In this document: one piece after another, positions 9,618 to 20,269 of the stretch
How the letters are laid out: each line of letters opens with the position of its first letter
How positions within the stretch are numbered: position 1 is the stretch's first letter
Assembly: GCA_965240325.2 (NCBI GenBank)
Contig: OZ251230.1
Coordinates: 372,001-436,000, forward strand
Direction: 5' to 3'
Length of the DNA stretch: 64,000 bases
Source: Rebecca billardiae RCC1528
Taxonomy: Eukaryota > Protista > Haptophyta
Notes under the pieces: generated by a model
The model's database searches: none
Told to the model about the DNA's origin: nothing
Seen by the model: only the letters and a program-made list of their open reading frames with translations
Program-made: the position numbers and the translations under genes

Positions 9618-12068
9618 ATGGGCGCGAGGACGCGCACGCACCGCAAGCGGAAGGCCGTGCCGCCGGGCGAGGCGGACGGCGCGCGCGAGGCCGGCGAGGA
9701 CGGCGCGCCCGTGCACATGCCGGGCCCCAGCCCGCAGGCGCGCGACTTCGAGGCCTACTACCGCCGCCAGCGCATTTTGATGCCCGGTGCGAACGACGAC
9801 GAGGTCGCGTGGACGGGCTTTGTCGCGACGCTGCGGCGGCCGCTGCCGGTCACCTTCCGCATCAACCAGAGCGTCGCGACGCGCCCTCTTGCGCGCGAGG
9901 CGCTCGACGCCGCGCGTCCGCTCCTCGCTCCCGCCGCGGGCGCGCAGCCCACCGACGACACGGGCCGGCCGCTGCGGCTTCCGACCGAGCTGGCGTGGTG
10001 CAACGGCTGGCAGCTCGGCTGCTCGGCGGGCGTGCTCAAGCGGCCGCAGCACGCGTACTGGTCGGCGCTGAACGAGTGGCTCACGTCGTGGTCCGCGCTC
10101 GGCGTCGTCTCGCGCCAGGCCGTCGACTCGATGGCGCCCGTCTCGATGCTGGGCGTGCGGCCGCAGCACCGCGTGCTCGACCTCTGCGCCTCGCCCGGCT
10201 CCAAGACGACCCAGCTGATCGACGCGATGCACGCGGACGAGGCGCGCGCGCCGACGGGCGTGGTCGTGGCGAACGACTTCTCGCTGCACCGCGCCAAGAT
10301 GCTCGTGCGCCGCTGCGCCGCGCTCGGCGCCGCGGCCGCGCGCGTGCTGGTGACGGCGCACTCGGCGCAACGCTTCCCCGACGTGAGCGGCGGCGTGGCC
10401 GCGCGCGGCGCCGGGCCGTACGACCGCATCGTGTGCGACGTGCCGTGCTGCGGCGACGGCACGCTGCGCAAGAACCCCGAGTCGTGGAACCACTGGCGCC
10501 CGTCCTTCGCGCAGGCGCTGCACGGCCTCCAGCTGCAGATCGCGCTGCGCGGGTGCGCGCTGCTCGCGCTCGGCGGCGAGCTCGCGTACTCGACATGCGC
10601 TTTCAACCCGATCGAGAACGAGGCGGTGGTGGCCGAGGTGCTGCGGCGGTGCGGCGGCGCGATCGAGCTGGTGGACGTCTCCGCGCGCCACCCGGGCCTC
10701 CGCCGGCGCGAGGGCCTCGCGCACTGGCTCGTGATCGACGACCACGGCCGCGAGTGGCCGAGCGCGGACGCGCTCGAGGGCGCGCGGCTGCCCGCGCGCG
10801 TGCGCCGCCGCTTCCACCGGTCCATGTGGCCGCCCGCCGCGCGCGGCGGGGCGGAGGAGGCGGGCGCCGGCGCGCCGCCGCTGCACCGCTGCGTGCGCCT
10901 GCTGCCGCACCTCAACGACACGGGCGGCTTCTTCATCGCCGTGCTCCGCAAGGTCCGGCCCTGGCCGCCCCCGCAGCCCTCGCCCGCGCGCGCGCTCGCG
11001 CCGCCAGCGGCGCCGCCGGCCGTGAATGGCGCAACGCACCGGAGCGCGGCGGCGGTGGCGCGGAACGCGTACCGCGCGTTCGCGCCGACGCCGAGGCCCG
11101 TGCGCCGCCTCGTCAGCGACTCGCTCGGCGTCCGAGTCTCCAAGGGCGGCGTCCTCGGCAACGGCGGCCCGGCTGGCGCCGCTGTGAGGCCGAGCGATGA
11201 CGCCTCTCCACTCGTGCTGCTCAGCCGCACCGTGGCCTGGGCGGAGCAGGCGGCCGACGCGCCCGCGGGCGACGGGGCGACGGGCAGGGCGGCGCGCGCC
11301 GCGCCCTCCACCCGCCTGAGCGTCTTCGCCCTCCGCGCGGAGGCGGCCGCGCACGCGCTCGGCGGCGGCAGCGCGCTCGAGGCCGAAGGAGGCGGCGAGG
11401 GCGGGCGCAGGCGCGAGCAGCTGCGCATCGTGCGCTGCGGCTTCAAGCTCGGCCACACGTCGCGCTCCGGCGCGCTGCAGCTCACGCACACGGGCGCAGA
11501 GGCGGCGTGGCACGCCTGCGGCGCCCCTGCCGCAGCCACAGACCCCGCCGCTCGCGCGCCCCGCCGAGGCGCGCGCTTTGTGCGCGTCTCACGAGCGGAC
11601 CTCCTCGCCCTGCTCTCTCCGCTGGAGGCGGCGGACTCGTCTGCAGCCCGCGTGGCCGCCAGGCTGGCGCGGGACTCGGAGGGCGGCGCGGAGCAGCGCC
11701 CCCGCAAGCGCGCGCGCACGGTCGCGACGCCGCTGCGCCTCCTCTCCTCCGCCGCGCGTGAGCAGGCCGGCGCCCTCGGCTGCGGCCCGTGCGTGCTCGT
11801 CTGCCCGGACGGCGCGGGCGGGACGGGCGACGGAGCCTCTGGCGAGGCGATCGTGGTCCCCGCCGTCCGCTGCACCGTGGCGGGCATGCCGTCCGCTCCT
11901 CAATCGCGCCAGGGCCATCTGCTCGCTGCGCCCGGCGCGCCCGGCAGCGGAGCATCGGGTGCGCCCGCCGAGCAGGGCGCGCTGCGAGCGGTGTTGATGC
12001 ACGAGCCCGGCCTTGAGAACTTGCCCCGCGCGTTCGTGCGCTTCACAGCCGCGCGGCTGCGCGGGTGA
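9618..12068 (+). CDS. RNA (cytosine-C5)-methyltransferase, NOL1/NOP2/Sun family, NSUN2/Trm4-like
   Basis: PLPVTFRIN, VLDLCASPGSKT, YDRIVCDVPCCGDG, YSTCAFNPIENEAVV, RLLPHLNDTGGFFIAVLRK; both catalytic Cys motifs present. Confidence 0.92.
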   Translation: MGARTRTHRKRKAVPPGEADGAREAGEDGAPVHMPGPSPQARDFEAYYRRQRILMPGANDDEVAWTGFVATLRRPLPVTFRINQSVATRPLAREALDAARPLLAPAAGAQPTDDTGRPLRLPTELAWCNGWQLGCSAGVLKRPQHAYWSALNEWLTSWSALGVVSRQAVDSMAPVSMLGVRPQHRVLDLCASPGSKTTQLIDAMHADEARAPTGVVVANDFSLHRAKMLVRRCAALGAAAARVLVTAHSAQRFPDVSGGVAARGAGPYDRIVCDVPCCGDGTLRKNPESWNHWRPSFAQALHGLQLQIALRGCALLALGGELAYSTCAFNPIENEAVVAEVLRRCGGAIELVDVSARHPGLRRREGLAHWLVIDDHGREWPSADALEGARLPARVRRRFHRSMWPPAARGGAEEAGAGAPPLHRCVRLLPHLNDTGGFFIAVLRKVRPWPPPQPSPARALAPPAAPPAVNGATHRSAAAVARNAYRAFAPTPRPVRRLVSDSLGVRVSKGGVLGNGGPAGAAVRPSDDASPLVLLSRTVAWAEQAADAPAGDGATGRAARAAPSTRLSVFALRAEAAAHALGGGSALEAEGGGEGGRRREQLRIVRCGFKLGHTSRSGALQLTHTGAEAAWHACGAPAAATDPAARAPRRGARFVRVSRADLLALLSPLEAADSSAARVAARLARDSEGGAEQRPRKRARTVATPLRLLSSAAREQAGALGCGPCVLVCPDGAGGTGDGASGEAIVVPAVRCTVAGMPSAPQSRQGHLLAAPGAPGSGASGAPAEQGALRAVLMHEPGLENLPRAFVRFTAARLRG

Positions 12069-12481
12069 AGAGTGTCTGTCTGAGGCTGCCAGCCTGCGCC
12101 GCCATATGACGACGTCGACTACGAAGTACGATAACGATGTCGACCGCCATGATACACTGCGTATACAGCTCGGTCAAAGGACGACGACCGTGGCGCATAC
12201 CACCGCGCGCAATCATCTACTGAAAAAACAAGCGCTGCATATCGTCATCAGTCGCATCAGCAACGCGCGCATGTGATGTGACGACGTACTCCGAAAAAGC
12301 CTCGCGTAGTCGTCGCGTGACTCGTCGGCGGTGACGCGCCGTCGCGTCGGCGTCGCCAATGACCGATCACTCGAAGACGCTGGCGGGCCTCAGCAGACAG
12401 CATGCAGGGCCCGCCAGCAAGTACACGCGGGCATCAGCCATCACTACAGCTGTAGCGCCGGCGGCATGGGCAAGCCCGGTG

Positions 12482-13996
12482 CTAGCTCTGGCGAGCTGCT
12501 CGGTGCCCACCGCCCCTGGAGCCTTTCGTCCTCCCGCCGCCCTGCCCACCCGAGGACGAGCCGCCGTGGCCGCTCGTCGAGTGCTGCTGCGTGGTCGGGA
12601 TGAAGCCGCTCAGCGAATGCGTGGCCTTTGGGCTCACAAACGTGAGCTTCTCCGCCAGCGACATGAAGTAGACGTGGCGGTGCGCGCCCAGCCTGTCGAT
12701 CAGGTAGGTCCACGACAGCTGCGTCCGGTCGGAGAAGAACATCATCTCCATCTGCTGCACGCAGTCGAGCCAGCGCAGGACGGTGCGGTGGTCGGGCGGC
12801 TGGATGCCCGAGTGCTGCAGGCTGGGCGCCGCCCTCGGCTCCCGCTGCTGGATGAACAGGCCGCCGTCGATCAGGCCGGGGGCGTTGTTGTACCCGTCCT
12901 CGAGCTTGTAGAACGCGCGCTGCCGCTCGACGCGCTCCATGTGCGCCGCCACCTTCTGCCGGATCGTGCTGCTCGCGTGCGACTCGATCGGCCCGAAGCG
13001 GTTCTTGGCCGCGTCCACCTCGGAGACGGCGTTGCGCGTCTTGTTGTTGTGCGCGAGCGCCACCCACGCCAGGCTCGTGTGGTTGGCAAAGTAGTCCATG
13101 AGCACGTCGAGCGACTTGATGAAGTTGAGCTTGCCGTCCGCGTACATCACCGTCTGCGCGTCCGGGAACATGCGCATCCCCGCGAAGCGCAGCGTCTTCG
13201 AGAGGCGCGACGCGTGCTTGGGGTAGTACCGGATCGGCAGCAGCACCACCCGCCACTGGCTGTACACGTACGGCCACGCGTCGCCGCGCGGCATGGGCGC
13301 GGTGGGGCGCGCGATGCTCCGCGCGATCTCCTTGGTCGTCGACGGCTTGAAGCCCCAACTGGCGAGCGAGCGCAGGTCGGAGATCGCGATCAGGCACGTG
13401 CCGGGCCGCAGCCTGCCCGGCGGCTCCTTGAGCGAGTCGTAGCCGCCCAGCACGACCGCAAAGATGACGCGCGTGCAGCCCTCCGCGGCGGCGCGCACGA
13501 ATTGGAGCCACTTGAGCGAGGGCTCCGAGGTGAAGCCGCACACGGGGCGATTTGGCGCCTCCTTCGAGGCGAAGCGCTCCCCATCGCACGTCGCGCGCAT
13601 CTCCTCAGTGAGCGCGGCGCGAGGCGTCCACAGGCAGTGCTGAGCGACCGCCAGGGTGGTGTTGCGATCGGCGAGCGACGGGCAGCCGTGGAGCGCGGTC
13701 GTGCATCGGGTTGCGTGCGTCTTGTGCTGCGTCCACGGGTTCTCTTCTCGCAGCATCCGCACCGCCAGCTCGCCCGTGTCCACGTGCGCCATCGCCGCCG
13801 AGGTGGGCGACGTGCCCGGCTTGAGCTCGTCGGCGTGCGCGCTCTGCGGCGCGTCGCCCACTTTGAAGAAAATGGACGCGTACGTCTTCGCAAGCGTCTG
13901 CACCATATCCGGCGGCTTCGCCCCTCGCGCGGGCAGCAGCGCCACCAGCAGCACAGGCCACCGGCCACACCGACGTCGCCCCGACATCTCCCTCAT
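12482..13996 (-). CDS. DUF616 (TOD1/MUCI70-like) glycosyltransferase-like protein with signal peptide
   Basis: VIFAVVLGGYDSLKEP, SRLSKTLRF...MFPDAQTVMYADGKL, SDRTQLSWTYL; N-terminal WPVLLVALLPARGA. Confidence 0.75.
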   Translation of the reverse strand: MREMSGRRRCGRWPVLLVALLPARGAKPPDMVQTLAKTYASIFFKVGDAPQSAHADELKPGTSPTSAAMAHVDTGELAVRMLREENPWTQHKTHATRCTTALHGCPSLADRNTTLAVAQHCLWTPRAALTEEMRATCDGERFASKEAPNRPVCGFTSEPSLKWLQFVRAAAEGCTRVIFAVVLGGYDSLKEPPGRLRPGTCLIAISDLRSLASWGFKPSTTKEIARSIARPTAPMPRGDAWPYVYSQWRVVLLPIRYYPKHASRLSKTLRFAGMRMFPDAQTVMYADGKLNFIKSLDVLMDYFANHTSLAWVALAHNNKTRNAVSEVDAAKNRFGPIESHASSTIRQKVAAHMERVERQRAFYKLEDGYNNAPGLIDGGLFIQQREPRAAPSLQHSGIQPPDHRTVLRWLDCVQQMEMMFFSDRTQLSWTYLIDRLGAHRHVYFMSLAEKLTFVSPKATHSLSGFIPTTQQHSTSGHGGSSSGGQGGGRTKGSRGGGHRAARQS

Positions 13997-14116
13997 CGCG
14001 CGCTGGTCGTTGGGCAGGATGACATCTGCAGGCGATCCAGATCGACGCGCTCGCTCGCCAGTGGCAGGCGGCGGCGGGCGGTGTCAACTGTCCAGCAGGT
14101 CGGGCGCGCGGCAACG

Positions 14117-15730
14117 ATGGCGGCGCTCGCGATGCGCGCGGCCATGCTGGCCTGGCTCGCGGCGGCGGCGGGCGCGCAGCACGCCGTCCAGCACGCCGAC
14201 GGCGGCGTGCTGCGCGTCGCCTTCCTCCTGCGCTCACGATACCCTTCGGAGACGCTGCGCGCGGCGATGCTCGCCGTTGTCATGCGGCAGCACGGCCACG
14301 CAGTCGAGCGCTTTGCCGGCACGCGCTTCTCCGTGCGCGTGCTTGACTACCGCAACACGGTGAAGGAGCAGGAGACGGAGTCGTGGTCGGAGGGGGCGAA
14401 GAAGGCGTTCGCACGCCGGCGCGTCGAGCTCGACCGCCGGCTCGAGGCGTGGGTGCGCGCCGCGCCCGCGTCGGAGTTGCCGCACGTCGTGATCTCTGTA
14501 AAGGAGAGGCTGCCGCGCGAGGTGATGGCTGCGCTCGGCGCGCGCTGCGTGGTCTTCGCGCTCGACGTCGTGGACAAGCCGCAGCTGCTCAGCTCGGCGT
14601 TCAGGCCCAAAGAGAGCGAGCTGCCGCCGCGCACGGTGCTGCTCGTCCAGTCGCGCAACTCCTCGCGGCTGCTCTCCAAGCCGGCCGCGGAGGGCGCCGA
14701 CGCGCATCGCCGGATGCGCCTCACGCGCGGCGGCGGCCAAGCGCTGCCGCACGTGATCGTGCCGCACCAGATGACCAATCTGGGCATGTGGCGGGTGCGC
14801 CCGCCCGCCGACGCGGCGAGCCGCCCGCTGCGCACCGCCGCGCTCCTCGTGGGCGGCGTGCGCAAGATGCCCTCCGCGGAGGCCGTGCGCGCGCTCGCGG
14901 CCGCGTGCTGCGTGCACTCGGTGCAGCTGAGCGTGATCTTCGAGCAGGACGGCGACCTGGCCGCGTCGACGATCACGCGGTACCGCTGCGCGGGCGGCAA
15001 GCCGGCCGCCAAGCCGATCGTGTGCACCGGCGAGCAATGCCGCGCGCGAGAGGCGAAGGCGAAGCCCGCGGCCGCCGACTCGGCCAAGCGCGGCGCTCCC
15101 GTCCGCCCGGTGCTGTCGATGCCGCTGGAGGACGCGCCGGCGCTCTTCAACGCGAGCGGGCAGCGGCGCTTCCACGACCGGCCGGTGCTGGACGACGTGG
15201 ACGTGGCGATCCTCTGGCCCAACCTCGACCAGCCGGGCATGGTCGCGCACTCGCCCCCGACCCGGCTGCTGTACTGGTGGAGCCACGGCGTGCCATGCAT
15301 TTTCTTCCCGTACGGCTCCTACCTGGACGCGGCGCGGCGCGCGCGCTACGAGCTGCCCGGGGGCCGGGGGTTGCCGATGGCGTCGACGGCGAAGGGCGTG
15401 GAGGGCGTGCTGGGTCGGCTTGCTGGCGACCCCGCCGCGCGCGTGGCGCTCGCCAAGGCCGGCCTCGCCGGCGCGCGGCTGTACTCGGGGGAGCGCGTGG
15501 CGGCGCGGCTCGTGCGCGGGCTGGGCCGGCACGTGGCGGAGGTCCAGAGGCTCGCGCGGGCGCCCGCCCCGAGCTCGAGCGGCGAGAGGATGTGGCCGCA
15601 GGGCGGCCGCGCCGCGTGCCTGGCCCACGCGCCTGTTCGCTTGCCCGCCGATACGGAGGGGCGTCAATCGTCGCCGCCGACGGCTGCGGTGCAGCGGAGT
15701 CGCAGCCGTCCGAGGGGCTCGCCGCAGTGA
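14117..15730 (+). CDS. Secreted/Golgi glycosyltransferase-like protein (GT-B-like C-terminus)
   Basis: ATG 14117 begins a signal peptide (MAALAMRAAMLAWLAAAAGA). C-terminal DVDVAILW...PPTRLLYWWSHGVPCIFFP...ARVALAKAGLAGARLYS resembles GT-B C-terminal lobes. The upstream part of the 12359 ORF is antisense to the DUF616 gene. Confidence 0.55.
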   Translation: MAALAMRAAMLAWLAAAAGAQHAVQHADGGVLRVAFLLRSRYPSETLRAAMLAVVMRQHGHAVERFAGTRFSVRVLDYRNTVKEQETESWSEGAKKAFARRRVELDRRLEAWVRAAPASELPHVVISVKERLPREVMAALGARCVVFALDVVDKPQLLSSAFRPKESELPPRTVLLVQSRNSSRLLSKPAAEGADAHRRMRLTRGGGQALPHVIVPHQMTNLGMWRVRPPADAASRPLRTAALLVGGVRKMPSAEAVRALAAACCVHSVQLSVIFEQDGDLAASTITRYRCAGGKPAAKPIVCTGEQCRAREAKAKPAAADSAKRGAPVRPVLSMPLEDAPALFNASGQRRFHDRPVLDDVDVAILWPNLDQPGMVAHSPPTRLLYWWSHGVPCIFFPYGSYLDAARRARYELPGGRGLPMASTAKGVEGVLGRLAGDPAARVALAKAGLAGARLYSGERVAARLVRGLGRHVAEVQRLARAPAPSSSGERMWPQGGRAACLAHAPVRLPADTEGRQSSPPTAAVQRSRSRPRGSPQ

Positions 15731-15876
15731 GGCCGCGCGTGGTTTTGTTTTCTCAATAATACAGTACAAATAAAATCGCATATCCTAACGGTCGCACGCG
15801 ATGACAACGGTCATCACAACTGACGAACGGCTCTCGAGCGACCGACGCCATCGTGGCAACGACGACGAACGAGTGA

Positions 15877-18669
15877 ATGCGCCTCGTCGCGCTGCTGTGC
15901 GCGCTCGCCAGGCTCGGGCTGGGCCCGTGCGGCGCGGACGTGGTGGACTTGCAACGGCGTGCGGGGCAGCTGACGAGCGCGAAGGGCCGCGAGCTGCAGC
16001 ACCGGCGCTGGCGGCTGCACGGCGCCGTGCCCGCGCGCACGAAGACCGAGATCGGCCTGTACCGCATCATCGGCAACCCGCTCCCGCCCCGGCACGACGC
16101 GAGCCAGCTGTGGGACAACCTGCAGTACATCCTGAAGAACGAGCCGCCCCTCCCGCGCGCGCGCAAGATCTTCGTCTTCAACCGCCTCTCGAACGAGTCG
16201 CTCGCCGCGCGCGCGAGGCAGGCTGTGGAGGAGCACGGCCACAGCGTGCTCGAGATCCCGCTCAACATGACGGAGTACGTGCCCTTCCAGGCGGAGGACA
16301 CGTACGGGCTGCTGCCGTCGGAGTGGGGCACGCTCATCTCGCCAAAGTTCTCGCGGCTCAACGCGAACCTCTACCTGATGAACAACAACGTGCGCCGCGC
16401 GCGCACGCGGGCGGCCACGCGCGCGCGCGCGCGCGGCGCGCGAGGCGCGCGCGCCCACGCCCGGCTCGCCGCGCGCCCGGCTCGCCGCGCGGCGCAGGGC
16501 GCGCGCAACTTCGCCCTCCGCCACGGGCGCATGAGCGGCTGGGCGTGGACCCTGCCCTTCGACGGCAACTGCCTCTTCGACAGCGCGAACTGGGCGTCGT
16601 TTGTGTCGGAGCTCGAGCGCGCGGAGGTCGGTGAGCAGCGGTACGTGGCCATCCCGCTCGTGCGCTCGGCGGTGAGCGCCGAGAGCGTGGCGGGGGAGCC
16701 GCCCAAGCTTGTGATGTCGGGCGAGCCCGGCGAGCACCAGGTCGCCTTCTCCCCGCGCGCCACGCTGCGCTTCGACCCGACCGTGCCGTACGGGTACCGG
16801 CCGAAAGTGCACCTGCTCTGGCAGCTGCGCGTGAAGGGCAAGTGGGACGGCTGGAGCTCGGCGGCCGTCTTCAGCGCGGAGGGGCGGTGCAAGCCCAAGG
16901 AGCACTACCCGCCGAACGTGTGCCTGCGCACGCTGCCGCGCGTGCTCGACGACGAGGCGCGGCTCACCGCCACCTCCTCGCACGTCGTGTACCGGCTGCC
17001 GGACCTGGGCTCGTCCCAGCAGACGGCGGCGGGTGGCGGCGGGCGGCAGCCGGCTGGCGGCGCGGCGGCGAGGGGCGGCGGGCACGGGCGCGGGCGCGGG
17101 CGCGGGCTCGCGCCGAGCGAGCGCGGCGGCGCGCACGGCTCCGCGCGCGCCGCCAAGCCGCACCACGCCGCGCCGCTCACCACGGGCGAGAGCTCCGCCG
17201 CGCTGATCGACCGCGGCCAGCTGCGCGAGCGCGGCGTCTCGCTCAAGGTCGCGGAGATGGACGCGCGCGCGCCGCCGTCCACGCGCGACGCCAGGCACTT
17301 TGTGAAGCCTCTCTTCTACAACGTGTGGTCGATGGAGGCGATGCGGCGCGAGTGCCTCGTCGCCGAGCCCGCCGACGTGGCGCGCTCGCGCTCGAGGCCG
17401 TCCCTCGCGCCGGGCGTCTCGCAGCACCACTGCGTGCAGCTCGACGCGCTCGTCTCGCTCGCGCGGCGCAACCTGCCCAAGCCGCCCATCTCTGTGATGG
17501 AGAAGCTCCGCTCGCCGCACTACCAGCGGCCGGACGGCGCGAGCGTGCGGCACTACACAAACCTGCCGCTGTACGACTGGCGCGTGGACGAGCTGCCCGA
17601 GCGGCTCACGCCCGCGGAGCTCCGCCAGCTCGCCAGCGCGGGCTTCACCGAGGTGGGCAAGGCCGCGTGGCGCCGCGCCAACCAGCGCACCTTCGTCCGC
17701 TGGGACGGGCGCGTGCGGCCGTCGGGCGAGATGTGGGCGCCCGGCTCAGACGGCTTTGACCGCACGCGCTCGTACGAGCTGCACTCGAACGTGACGCTGT
17801 TCGCGCTCGCGCACTTCTACACGGGCGAGCGCGCGTTCGCGCGCAAGGCGGTGCAGCTCGCGCGCGTGTGGTGGCTCGACGCGCGCCGCTCGCTGCTGCC
17901 CACCCTCGAGTTCGCGCAGTTCTCGAGGCCAAGGGCGGAGCGCGCGTCCGGGGTGATCGAGATGAAGGACCTCACGTGGACGCTCGATGCGATCGCGCTG
18001 CTCAAGCGCAGCACCGTCTGGACCGAGGACGACAGCCGCAAGATGGGCGCGTGGTGCCGCGCGTACGCGCGCTGGCTCGACGCCTCGAACGAGAGGCACG
18101 CGCTCAACAACCACGGCTGGTACTACGCGGTGCAGCGCGCGGCGGTCGGGCACTGCGCGGGCGAGCGCGCGGTGGCGATTGGCGCGCGGCTGATTGCACA
18201 CGTGCTCAAGTTCACGCGCTCCTCCGAGTACATCCGCGCGGACGGCGTGATGCCGCTCGAGGCGAAGCGCGACCGCGGGCTGCACTACCACTTCTTCACC
18301 GCGTACGCGCTGATGCTCGCCTCGCGCGCGCTCACCAACCTGGGCGACGAGCGGCACGGCCGGATGCTCAGCCTCGCGCTCGGGAGCACGCTGCGCATGC
18401 TCGGCGGCCCGCGGCGCAATCAGCTCAAGGACGCGGACAACATGACCGAGGCGATGATCGCGGAGCGCTGGGCGCCGCTGTGCCAGTGGGTGCGCGACTA
18501 CCGCATGGTCAACCCGGGCGCCGTCTCCGAGCACGCAAAGTCGTGCCGGCTGCGCAGGTTTGCGACGGCCGGCGCCGAGGGCGGAGCGTACGGCACCAAG
18601 AACGTGCCGCCGCTGCTCGCGACGGACGTGCACTCGGGGCTCGTGCCCTTCATGAACCTGATGTGGTAA
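15877..18669 (+). CDS. Signal peptide + GT-A-like domain + alginate lyase (PF05426 / PL5-PL38-like) domain fusion, ~894 aa
   Basis: Intron 16390-16497 (108 nt) removal gives YLMNNN|GARNFAL...WTLPFDGNC. Lyase motifs DGRVRP, LAHFYTGE...AVQLARVWWLD, PTLEFAQ, GVIE, NNHGWYY, DGVMPLE..R.RGLHY. Confidence 0.8.
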   Translation: MRLVALLCALARLGLGPCGADVVDLQRRAGQLTSAKGRELQHRRWRLHGAVPARTKTEIGLYRIIGNPLPPRHDASQLWDNLQYILKNEPPLPRARKIFVFNRLSNESLAARARQAVEEHGHSVLEIPLNMTEYVPFQAEDTYGLLPSEWGTLISPKFSRLNANLYLMNNNVRRARTRAATRARARGARGARAHARLAARPARRAAQGARNFALRHGRMSGWAWTLPFDGNCLFDSANWASFVSELERAEVGEQRYVAIPLVRSAVSAESVAGEPPKLVMSGEPGEHQVAFSPRATLRFDPTVPYGYRPKVHLLWQLRVKGKWDGWSSAAVFSAEGRCKPKEHYPPNVCLRTLPRVLDDEARLTATSSHVVYRLPDLGSSQQTAAGGGGRQPAGGAAARGGGHGRGRGRGLAPSERGGAHGSARAAKPHHAAPLTTGESSAALIDRGQLRERGVSLKVAEMDARAPPSTRDARHFVKPLFYNVWSMEAMRRECLVAEPADVARSRSRPSLAPGVSQHHCVQLDALVSLARRNLPKPPISVMEKLRSPHYQRPDGASVRHYTNLPLYDWRVDELPERLTPAELRQLASAGFTEVGKAAWRRANQRTFVRWDGRVRPSGEMWAPGSDGFDRTRSYELHSNVTLFALAHFYTGERAFARKAVQLARVWWLDARRSLLPTLEFAQFSRPRAERASGVIEMKDLTWTLDAIALLKRSTVWTEDDSRKMGAWCRAYARWLDASNERHALNNHGWYYAVQRAAVGHCAGERAVAIGARLIAHVLKFTRSSEYIRADGVMPLEAKRDRGLHYHFFTAYALMLASRALTNLGDERHGRMLSLALGSTLRMLGGPRRNQLKDADNMTEAMIAERWAPLCQWVRDYRMVNPGAVSEHAKSCRLRRFATAGAEGGAYGTKNVPPLLATDVHSGLVPFMNLMW

Positions 18670-19048
18670 GTTTCCGTGGCCGACCATCCGAGAGTATGAT
18701 ACTAGCAGCCTGCGCAGGCTCGTCGGGCAGCTGTGACAGCCGGACGGCTGCTCATACACCATTGCAGCGGATGTCGTGCGCTGCCACAGCGCGTCACGCA
18801 CGGCAAAAAAACGATTCATTCAATCGAGTTTTGCTTTTTTTCGTCATGATGGGCGGGCGGCCGCGAAGAGATATCGAACGGCGCGCGAGTGTAACATCAT
18901 CGGTCGCGCCCCGGCCGTCGGAGCACGTGTCCGTGCGCTTGCTCAGCACTGGGGCCCTGCCGCGCGGCACTCGCGCTCGCCGTGCGCGTGTGACGTGCTT
19001 CACGACCGCTCGAGAGCCGCGGCCCCACCACCCGCGCTCCTCGCCGCC

Positions 19049-19990
19049 ATGTTCGTGCCAGACACGCTCCGGAAGCTCTCTGCGCGCGAGGATGCGAGTC
19101 TGCAGGCAGAGCTGGAGGCGCTGCGCGAGTTCAAGCCGCCGCCAAGGCGGCAGACGATGCGCAGGCGATCTGCTCCGACGCTCCCGCCGCTCAGCCAGCC
19201 GCCCCGTCGCCGCGCGTCCGCCACGCCGGCGCTCCCGCCCGCCGTCGTCGCCGAGGTGCAAGAGGCGCCGCCCAGGCGCCCCGCGCCGGCCGAGGCGCCA
19301 CCGCCGCCGCCCCTGCCCGAGGTGGACCCGGCGTTCTTCTGGGATCGCACATTACTCGGCGACGTTGAGGATGTCAGCATCTCCTCCGACGACGCGCTCG
19401 CCGCCAAGACCCGCGGCGTGCTCTGGCGCGTCGTGCGCAGTGTGGGCGCGGTGGATGCGCGGCTCTCCGGCCACACGCGCGCGGACGGCGGCGCACGCGC
19501 GCACTCGAGCGTGTACTGGGAGTACGTGATCGAGTCGGCGTACCCGAAGGAGCTCGTTGAGGGCCACCGCAAGGAGCCCACCCTCTTCATCGGCGTGTGC
19601 CTCCCGTCCGAGCCCAACGTGCTCAACCCCGTGCGCTCGCACGACGGCTGGTACTTCTCGGTCGAGACGGGCTCCGTGTACCACCGCGGCTTCCAGCGCA
19701 GGCTCACGCGCTCGCTGCGCGTGCTGCCGAAGCTCGGCGCGACGTTCGGGCTGCGCCTCTCGCAGCCACGCGGCACGCTCGAGGTGTTCATGGACGGCAG
19801 GCCGATCGGCGTCGCCTTCGAGCGCGTGCCGCCGGGCGTGCACGCCGCAGCCGGGCTGTACCTGCTGGGGGAGGCGGTGCGGCTGGTGCCGCCGCAGCGC
19901 ACGGCGCACGACCCGCCGCCTGATCTCGCCGACGACACGTTCGCCGCGCCGTCGCGCGGGCTGCATCGCGCGGCGACCTTCGCGTTGTAG
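19049..19990 (+). CDS. SPRY/B30.2 domain protein
   Basis: YWEYVIE...LFIGVC...GWYF...GATFGLRL...GTLEVFMDGRPIGVAF after a Pro-rich N-terminus. Confidence 0.75.
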   Translation: MFVPDTLRKLSAREDASLQAELEALREFKPPPRRQTMRRRSAPTLPPLSQPPRRRASATPALPPAVVAEVQEAPPRRPAPAEAPPPPPLPEVDPAFFWDRTLLGDVEDVSISSDDALAAKTRGVLWRVVRSVGAVDARLSGHTRADGGARAHSSVYWEYVIESAYPKELVEGHRKEPTLFIGVCLPSEPNVLNPVRSHDGWYFSVETGSVYHRGFQRRLTRSLRVLPKLGATFGLRLSQPRGTLEVFMDGRPIGVAFERVPPGVHAAAGLYLLGEAVRLVPPQRTAHDPPPDLADDTFAAPSRGLHRAATFAL

Positions 19991-20269
19991 CCTGCCGAGG
20001 CTGTGTACGGCCACACATACCATCGGCAATCAGCCTCCCAACTCGATTGTGACCGTTGCATTGATCATGCATGTCATGGTCGTCGTATGACGTTATGACG
20101 CGCGCGCACTTGATGTTGATGTTGCCGCCGCCGTTGCGCAAGTTGGAAAGTGACCCAGGACCAAGGCGATGGCAGTAAAAAACTAAAAAAGACGACGCGC
20201 GTGAGAAGCGAGAAAATAATCCTCCGCGAGGTCGCCGGACGCCGGGAGGGCACGCGGCCAAAGCTCACG

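Noticed and set aside
12359-14116. N-terminal part of the 1123-aa ORF
   Set aside because: Antisense to the DUF616 gene; a signal-peptide start exists at 14117.
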